DNA of 64,000 nucleotides from Escherichia coli (GTDB lineage Bacteria; Pseudomonadota; Gammaproteobacteria; Enterobacterales; Enterobacteriaceae): NCBI RefSeq assembly GCF_003018255.1, contig NZ_CP027440.1; one strand, 5' to 3'. Shown piece by piece: positions 57,144 to 64,000 of this stretch (position 1 is its first letter; each line of letters starts with the position of its first letter). The notes under the pieces were generated by a model. It saw only the letters and a program-made list of their open reading frames with translations, ran no database searches and was not told where the DNA came from. The position numbers and the translations under genes were made by a program.

Positions 57144-57950
57144 CTAACGGTCCTTACGCCACGCATCCGCCGTCAATGCCTCGCCAAAATGACCGGCAAT
57201 AAGCCGTTTGGTGAGTTCATGCAGCGGCGATGCCAGCACATCGGCGGTGCTGCCTCGCTCGACAACCTCGCCCTGATGCATCACCAGTACCTGGTCGCTA
57301 ATGTGCTTCATCATTCCGATATGCTGGGTAACATAAATATACGAAATACCCTGTTTTTCCTGTAATTCCAGCATCAGATTAATCAACTGCGAACGCATCG
57401 ACATATCCAGTGAGGCGAGGGCTTCATCGGCAATAATCACTTTTGGACGCAATATCAGCGCGCGTGCCAGACCCAGACGTTGTTTTTGTCCGGGCGCCAA
57501 CATATGCGGATAGTAACTGACGTGATCCGGTAGCAGCCCAACCATCCGCATCGTTTCAATAATCTGTTTGCGACGCTGTTCAGGTTCCAGATCGGTGTTC
57601 AGGCGCAGTGGAAAATCAAGAATCTGCGAGATACGTTGACGGGGATTCAACGAGGTCGAAGGATCCTGAAAAATCATGCGAATACGCTGACTACGGAAGG
57701 AATAATCGCCAAAATGCAGCGGATGATCGTCAATCAATAACTCGCCGCTGGTCGGTTCTATCATTCCCGCCAGCATTTTTGCCAGTGTGGATTTACCCGA
57801 CCCATTCTCACCAATAATCGCCAGTGTCTGGCCTTCACGTAGCGTAAAGCTCAAAGGTTTTACCGCTTCTACGGTCTGACGACGAAACCAGCCGGTCCGG
57901 TAACGGAACGTTTTACTTAAATTGCGCACTTCAAGTAGCGTTTCGATCAT
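57144..57950 (-). CDS. sapF: Peptide/putrescine ABC transporter ATPase SapF
   Basis: 268 aa with Walker A GENGSGKST; sap operon synteny. Confidence 0.93.
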   Translation of the reverse strand: MIETLLEVRNLSKTFRYRTGWFRRQTVEAVKPLSFTLREGQTLAIIGENGSGKSTLAKMLAGMIEPTSGELLIDDHPLHFGDYSFRSQRIRMIFQDPSTSLNPRQRISQILDFPLRLNTDLEPEQRRKQIIETMRMVGLLPDHVSYYPHMLAPGQKQRLGLARALILRPKVIIADEALASLDMSMRSQLINLMLELQEKQGISYIYVTQHIGMMKHISDQVLVMHQGEVVERGSTADVLASPLHELTKRLIAGHFGEALTADAWRKDR

Positions 57951-57951
57951 C

Positions 57952-58944
57952 TCACTCTTTCTCCATGTTCAGTGGGAAATGACAGGCATAGAGATGATTT
58001 TTCGCCCCCGTCAAACGTGGCGTCACAATGCATTCTCGTTGTGCATACGGGCAACGTGGCCCCAGACGACAACCAATCGGTAACTGTTCCAGCAGCGGGA
58101 TAGCGCCGGGCAGCGTATTGAGGCGACTTTTATGCGGCATCGCGCTGCCGAAGTCTGGTATCGCGCGGATCAGCGCCTGGGTATAAGGATGGTGTGGCAT
58201 CGTCACCAACTCCTTACTCGGCGCGGTTTCCACCGTTTGACCGCAGTAAAGCACGTTAATTTTATCCGCCCATTGGCTAAGCATTTGTAAGTCATGGCTG
58301 ATAAGCAAAATAGTGGTATTACTGTTTTGGTTGAGACGCGTCAGCAGGCGAAAGATTTGCGCCTGGGTTGTTGGCTCCATTGAGTTGGTCGGTTCGTCAG
58401 CAATTAGCAGACGCGGTTGATTCGCCAGTGCAATGGCTATCATCACTTTCTGACATTCACCTTCGGTCAACTCATAGGGAAAACTGCGCATCGCATCTTT
58501 GTGATCTTTAATCCCCACGCGGTGCAGCAGTTCAATGGCACGGCGTTTGCGCCAGCCAAAACGCTGCCACCAACGGCCTTTATAGGTCCAGGCAGGGATG
58601 TTTTGCATCAACTGGCGACCCACACGTTCTGAAGGGTCAAGACACGACTGTGGTTCCTGGAAAATCATCGACACGTTGTGACCAACCAGCTTGCGCCGTT
58701 CGCGTGCGGAGAGACGCAGCAAATCGATATCATCAAAACGCATACGGTCAGCAGTAACACGCCAGTTATCTTTATTCACCCCACAAATCGCTTTAGCAAT
58801 CAAACTTTTGCCGGAACCGGATTCGCCAACAAGACCGCGGATTTCACCTTCGGTTAAGGTCATACTTACGCGGTCGACGGCTTTAACCCACTCATCACCG
58901 GTTTTAAATTCAATGGTCAGGTTACGAATATCGAGTAATGGCAT
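57952..58944 (-). CDS. sapD: ABC transporter ATPase SapD
   Basis: 330 aa with Walker A GESGSGKS. Confidence 0.93.
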
Positions 58945-59834
58945 TATTCCACCCCCGCAATAATTGCACGACGAACACCGTCGCCAAGGAGGTTAACCAA
59001 CAGCACGCTAATCATAATTGCCGCACCTGGCAGCATGACAGTCCACGGGGCGACATAAATCAGTTCCAGCGCATCACCGAGCATCGCTCCCCATTCAGGC
59101 GAGGGGAGTTGTGCGCCGAGATCGAGAAAGCCCAGCGCGGCGATATCGAGAATTGCTATCGACAGTGCGCGGGTGATCTCGGTGACCAGCCCGGCGGTGA
59201 TGTTGGGCATCACAGCAAACCAGAGAATATTCAGCGTTGATGCGCCATCCAGACGGGCGGCGATAACGTACTCTTTTTCCAGTTCGTCATGCACCATGCT
59301 GTAAATCGAACGTACCATACGCGGCAGCAATGCCAGCCAGACAGCAAACATGGCGTGAGACAAACTCGGTCCGGCAAACGCTACAACGATAATTGCCAGC
59401 AGCAGCGAAGGGATCGCCAGTAAGGTATCCAGAATATGGTTAAGCACCGCTGAGCGTAGGCCGTGGGTCGCCCCGGCGAAGGTGCCCAGAACCAGGCCAC
59501 AGATCGTCGCGGCAAGCGTCACCACAAATGCGCCACCTACGGTTGGCGCAGCTCCGCTCAGTAAACGGCTTAAAACATCGCGTCCGAGGTCGTCAGTCCC
59601 CAGGAAGAAAGAAACTTCGCCATAGCGCGACCATGACGGCGGCAATAATTGGTAACCGAGAAATTGCTGGTCGATGCCGTAAGGCGCAAACCAGCCGCCA
59701 AAAATACACAGTACAGCCAGCCCCGCGCAGCCGTACAGGCCGACCATCGCAGAGGCGTCACTATAAAATTTGCGCCAGGCGGTACGCAGCGTGCCCGGCG
59801 GGCGCTTTTCGCTGTATACGCTATCGTAAGGCAT
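58944..59834 (-). CDS. sapC: ABC transporter permease SapC
   Basis: 296-aa polytopic permease. Confidence 0.93.
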
Positions 59835-60786
59835 ACCATTCCTTATGTTTCAGAGGGTTAGCCATGGCACCCAAAATATCAGAAATCACGTTAACAATAA
59901 TGACCAGTGAGCCACACACCATCACTCCGGCGGAAATGGCTGCGTAATCCTGCTGGCGGATGGCGTTAATTAACCAGCGCCCTAAACCCGGCCAGCTAAA
60001 AACCATTTCGGTGATCATCGCTAGCGTCAGCATGGTAGAAAACTGTAAGCCCAGGCGAGGAATAACCGGAGGTAACGCGTTATGCAGAACGTGGCGACGC
60101 AAAATAGTAAAGCGCGACAAACCGCGGGTCGCCGCTGCTTTAACATAGTTCTGGTCATACACTTCGATAGTGCTAATACGCATCAGTCGGATCACTTCAG
60201 TTGTTGGCGCAACCGACAGGGTGATCACGGGCAATATCATATGGCGGATTGCGCTCATGACCATTTCATCCCGCCATGGTGAGTCCGAAAGCCAGGCATC
60301 AATCAACGCAAAACCGGTAATCGGTTTCACTTCGTAGAGCAGATCGAAACGCCCTGAAACGGGCAACCAACCTAGTGTGAGTGAACAAAACAGCGTCAGC
60401 AGAAGCGCCAGCCAGAACACCGGGATTGAAAAGCCCAGTAAGGCGATGGCGTTGATCAAGTTATCCTGCCACTTATGGCGCGTAATCCCGGCAATCATTC
60501 CTACGGGGATGCCAACAATCAGCGCAAAACCGAAGGCGAGGATGCACAGTTCCATCGTCGCCGGGAAGACCTCTTTTAACTGTTCGGCAATCGGTTGACC
60601 GTTAATGCTGGAAACACCAAAATCCCAGTGGATCAGGCCGTTAAACCAGAACACCCAGGCATTCCACAGTGACGCGCCTTGTAACGGCGCATGTGGGGTG
60701 AAATAGCTCAAGCTGAAGCCAACGAAGGTCAGCAGGAACAAGGTGACAATCAATAACAAAATACGGCGCAAGGTGAAGATAATCAT
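59821..60786 (-). CDS. sapB: ABC transporter permease SapB
   Basis: 321-aa polytopic permease. Confidence 0.93.
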   Translation of the reverse strand: MIIFTLRRILLLIVTLFLLTFVGFSLSYFTPHAPLQGASLWNAWVFWFNGLIHWDFGVSSINGQPIAEQLKEVFPATMELCILAFGFALIVGIPVGMIAGITRHKWQDNLINAIALLGFSIPVFWLALLLTLFCSLTLGWLPVSGRFDLLYEVKPITGFALIDAWLSDSPWRDEMVMSAIRHMILPVITLSVAPTTEVIRLMRISTIEVYDQNYVKAAATRGLSRFTILRRHVLHNALPPVIPRLGLQFSTMLTLAMITEMVFSWPGLGRWLINAIRQQDYAAISAGVMVCGSLVIIVNVISDILGAMANPLKHKEWYALR

Positions 60787-62426
60787 GGCTTTTTCACCTC
60801 ATCCTGTTTCTCGCGATACACCCCAGCAAAGGAGGCGTTACCAAACGGGCTAAGTACCAGACCTTTGATATCGTACCGATAGGCCTGCAAGCGCAATGAC
60901 GACGCCAGCGGCAGAATGGGTAATTCCTGCGCCAGAATACTCTGCGCTTCGTCATAGGCTTCAATACGCGCCGCCAGCTGCTGCGAGGAGAGCGCCTTAC
61001 GCAACACGCTGTCGAATTTCGGATCGCACCAGTGGGCGAGGTTGGTCTGTGAATGAATTGCCGCGCAGCTCAGTAACGGACGGAAGAAACTGTCCGGGTC
61101 GTTACTGTCCGTCGCCCAACCGGATAACGTCAGATCATGGCTCATATCCATCAACCGCGCCTCCTGAAAACGACCTTCTACCGGCACAATCACCACTTTT
61201 ACGCCAACCTGTGCCATATCCGCCTGAATCAGTTCGGCGGTTTTCAGCGGACTGGGGTTCCACGCCTGCGAACGTGTTGGCACCCACAGTTTCAGCGTTA
61301 AGTTTTCCAGCCCCAACGCCTTCAACTGTTCGCGCGATTTTGCCGGATTGTATTCAGTAATTTTAGCCTCGTTGTCATAGGCCCACGAGGCGCGCGGTAA
61401 AATAGAGGCCGCCGTTTCAGCCGTACCATAATAGATGGATTGCATCAGGCGCTGGTTATTAATCGCCAGTGCCAGCGCATGGCGGACAGCGGGGTTATTT
61501 AGCGGCGGTTTAGCGGTGTTAAACGCCAGATAGGCGACGTTCATCCCCGGGCGCAGCGTTAAACGCAAGCGTGGGTCGTCACGCAAAATGGATAGCTGAC
61601 TGGCAGCAGGCCAGGCCAGAACGTCGCACTCCCCGGTCAGGAGTTTCGACAATCGTCCTGTACCGCCAGAGCCTAAATCCACCACCACTTGTGGCATCAA
61701 CGGCTTACCACGCCAGAAATCATCATGACGTTGTAAGCGAATATATTGCCCGGCGCGGTATTCCGACAACTGATACGGTCCAGTGCCGACCGGCTGACGG
61801 TCGAGTTGCTCCTGGCGATCTTCTTTCTCTAACTTCCGGGCATATTCTGCCGACATGACCGAAGCATAATGGGTTGCGAGGTGCCACAAAAAAGAAGCAT
61901 CCGGCTGAGCCAGACGGAACTCAACGGTATGATTATCCAGTTTACGGACGCTTTTCACGTTATCGGCAAATTGCAGGCTGTCGAAGTAGGGGAAGTTGCT
62001 GCCGTTGACGTTATGCCACGGGTTGTTGCGGTCAAAAATTCGCTGGAAGGTAAACACCACATCGTCGGCATTCATTTTACGAGTGGGAGTAAACCAGTCG
62101 GTTTTTTGAAACGGAACATCGCGACGCAGGTGGAAGCGATAGGTCGCGCCGTTGTCGAGTACTTCCCAGCTTTCGGCAAGTTCCGGCATCAGGCGATAGG
62201 TATAGGGATCGACATCCAGCAGTCGATCATAAAACTGGGCGGCAAGGGTATCGACAATTAACCCACTGCTCGCTTTGGATGGGTTAAAGGTGTTGACTTG
62301 CCCGCTGACGCAATAGACAAAACCGCTGTCGCGGATATCAGCATGCGGGGGGGATTCAGGCGCGGCGATTGCCTGACCACTCACAAGTCCAGCAATCACC
62401 AAAAGAGACGATAATACCTGGCGCAT
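60783..62426 (-). CDS. sapA: Periplasmic substrate-binding protein SapA
   Basis: 547 aa with signal peptide, family-5 SBP. Confidence 0.93.
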   Translation of the reverse strand: MRQVLSSLLVIAGLVSGQAIAAPESPPHADIRDSGFVYCVSGQVNTFNPSKASSGLIVDTLAAQFYDRLLDVDPYTYRLMPELAESWEVLDNGATYRFHLRRDVPFQKTDWFTPTRKMNADDVVFTFQRIFDRNNPWHNVNGSNFPYFDSLQFADNVKSVRKLDNHTVEFRLAQPDASFLWHLATHYASVMSAEYARKLEKEDRQEQLDRQPVGTGPYQLSEYRAGQYIRLQRHDDFWRGKPLMPQVVVDLGSGGTGRLSKLLTGECDVLAWPAASQLSILRDDPRLRLTLRPGMNVAYLAFNTAKPPLNNPAVRHALALAINNQRLMQSIYYGTAETAASILPRASWAYDNEAKITEYNPAKSREQLKALGLENLTLKLWVPTRSQAWNPSPLKTAELIQADMAQVGVKVVIVPVEGRFQEARLMDMSHDLTLSGWATDSNDPDSFFRPLLSCAAIHSQTNLAHWCDPKFDSVLRKALSSQQLAARIEAYDEAQSILAQELPILPLASSLRLQAYRYDIKGLVLSPFGNASFAGVYREKQDEVKKP

Positions 62427-62674
62427 AATATTAATGGATTTTATGTAAAGAGGCTATCTTACTAATATTTAATGACATTTGCCATTACCGTTTGTGTTCA
62501 GGGGTCGTAATGAGGGCCGTGTGGTTGGTCGTTGAACAGATGACGTCGCCATCTGTTCAACATTCGTACCCGTGATTTCTCTATAACTATAACTCACAGA
62601 ACAACTTAGCGAGGAGCAGAGCGGTACGATCGTGAGAAACCCATTGAGGCACGCTGCAGTGCGTGTCATTGTTA

Positions 62675-62706
62675 GCCGGATGCGGCGTGAACGCTTTATC
62701 CGGACA
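62675..62706. repeat. REP (repetitive extragenic palindromic) element
   Basis: gccggatgcggcgtgaacgctttatccggac matches the E. coli REP consensus GCCGGATGCGGCGTGAACGCCTTATCCGG. Confidence 0.8.
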
Positions 62707-62738
62707 ACGATACTGACCGAGAGTCTGCAATGAAATAA

Positions 62739-62984
62739 TTACTCATTACCCCATTGATTCAAAAACTCTGCGATCTCATCAATGCGTACGGGATAAATCC
62801 CCGCTTCAGCAGCCATTTCATGTTGGGCTTCTTCGCTGATTTCTTCATTGTTCATCAAACGGGTGAGCAGTAACTGGAAGTAGAGGGCCAGCGGTGTGCG
62901 TTCAGCGTCTGCGACAGGCTCTGCGCATTCGGTCGCGTACTCATCGGCAATATCAAAATATTTTAGCGGGATATCGTGGTTCAT
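62739..62984 (-). CDS. ymjA: DUF2543 protein YmjA
   Basis: 81-aa ORF; synteny between sapA and puuP. Confidence 0.85.
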   Translation of the reverse strand: MNHDIPLKYFDIADEYATECAEPVADAERTPLALYFQLLLTRLMNNEEISEEAQHEMAAEAGIYPVRIDEIAEFLNQWGNE

Positions 62985-63117
62985 TATTTGCCCCTGGGGT
63001 TAATGCGCTAAGCATAAGGGCGGATGATAGCACTCGTGATCCGGGTCATACATCTTTTTATAGTTAATGGCGCGGTGCATTACCCTCAGGCAGGATAATG
63101 CGCCGCGCATCCGACTA

Positions 63118-64000
63118 TTACGTTTCGCTCACCGGCGTTCTGTCACCATCATACAACGGCACTTTGCGATAGCGGCGGATCAGATACCACAAATATGCGC
63201 CGCCTAACGAAGCCCATACCAGACCGAGTGTCAGTGACGTTGACTCGAGGTTAACCCACAACACACCCACCGTCAGCGCGCCAACCAGCGGCATCAGCAA
63301 ATAGTGGAAGTGATCCTTCCAGCTTTTATTCATTCCTTTACGCCGCCAGAAATGATTAAACACCGACAGATTTACGAAGGTAAATGCCACCAGAGCACCG
63401 AAGTTAATCAATGCTGTCGCGGTGACTAAATCAAAGAACAGCGCTGACAACGCGACAATCCCGACCATAATGACGTTCAGTGCCGGAGTCCGCCATTTCG
63501 GGTGCACATAGCCAAACACGCGCTCCGGAAACACATTGTCACGCCCCATCACATACAGCAGACGCGACACGCTGGCGTGCGACGCCAGGCCAGACGCTAA
63601 CGTGTTCACAAACGTGGTACAGAGGAAAATCGACTGGAAGAGCTTGCCGCCGACGTATAGCGCAATTTCAGGCAGTGCGGCGTCCGGGTCTTTAAAGCGG
63701 CTGATATCGGGAAAGAACAGCTGCATAAAGAACGACGCAGCGATAAAGATAACGCCGCCGTATACCGCCGTCAGGAAGATGGCTTTCGGGATCACGCGTG
63801 CGGCGTCCGGCGTCTCTTCCGAAAGCGTGGTCACCGCATCGAAACCGAGGAAGGAGAAACAGACAATCGTCGCCCCGGTAATAATTGGGATCAGGTGCGC
63901 GTTCTCGCTGATAAACGGCTGAAGTGACCAGACGGTGCCAACGCCTTCTCCTTTATGCAGTCCCTGAACAACCAGGAAGATAAACACCACCATGATGGAG
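63118..64000 (-). CDS. puuP: Putrescine importer PuuP, 3-prime partial (gene continues beyond window end)
   Basis: APC-family TM pattern with C-terminus ...[22 protein letters not shown] open to the window edge. Confidence 0.85.

Overview
This window appears to be an Escherichia coli-type chromosome segment (trp operon through the sap operon and puuP) with a lambdoid prophage remnant at its left end (1 to about 11121). The remnant carries the 3-prime end of an OmpC/NmpC-type porin gene, tail-tip genes L-K-I-J, a hok-like toxin, a collagen-like side tail fibre, a tfa-position gene and an ORF6N antirepressor-like gene, and ends at a 3-prime ompW fragment beside yciE. The backbone from yciE to fabI and from sapF to puuP follows the K-12 gene order as I recall it. 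Two regions depart from that order: a low-GC two-gene islet between rluB and btuR, and a TetR / RND tripartite efflux / MFS cluster between fabI and sapF in which the RND permease carries a frameshift. The strongest candidate for an undescribed system is an 867-bp non-coding insert between tail genes I and J, made of four tandem units of about 220-240 bp that each end in a minus-strand intrinsic terminator. The low-GC lipoprotein islet is the second candidate. All identifications rest on reading the translations and on recalled family knowledge; no database search was run, and coordinates of short motifs are approximate to a few bases.
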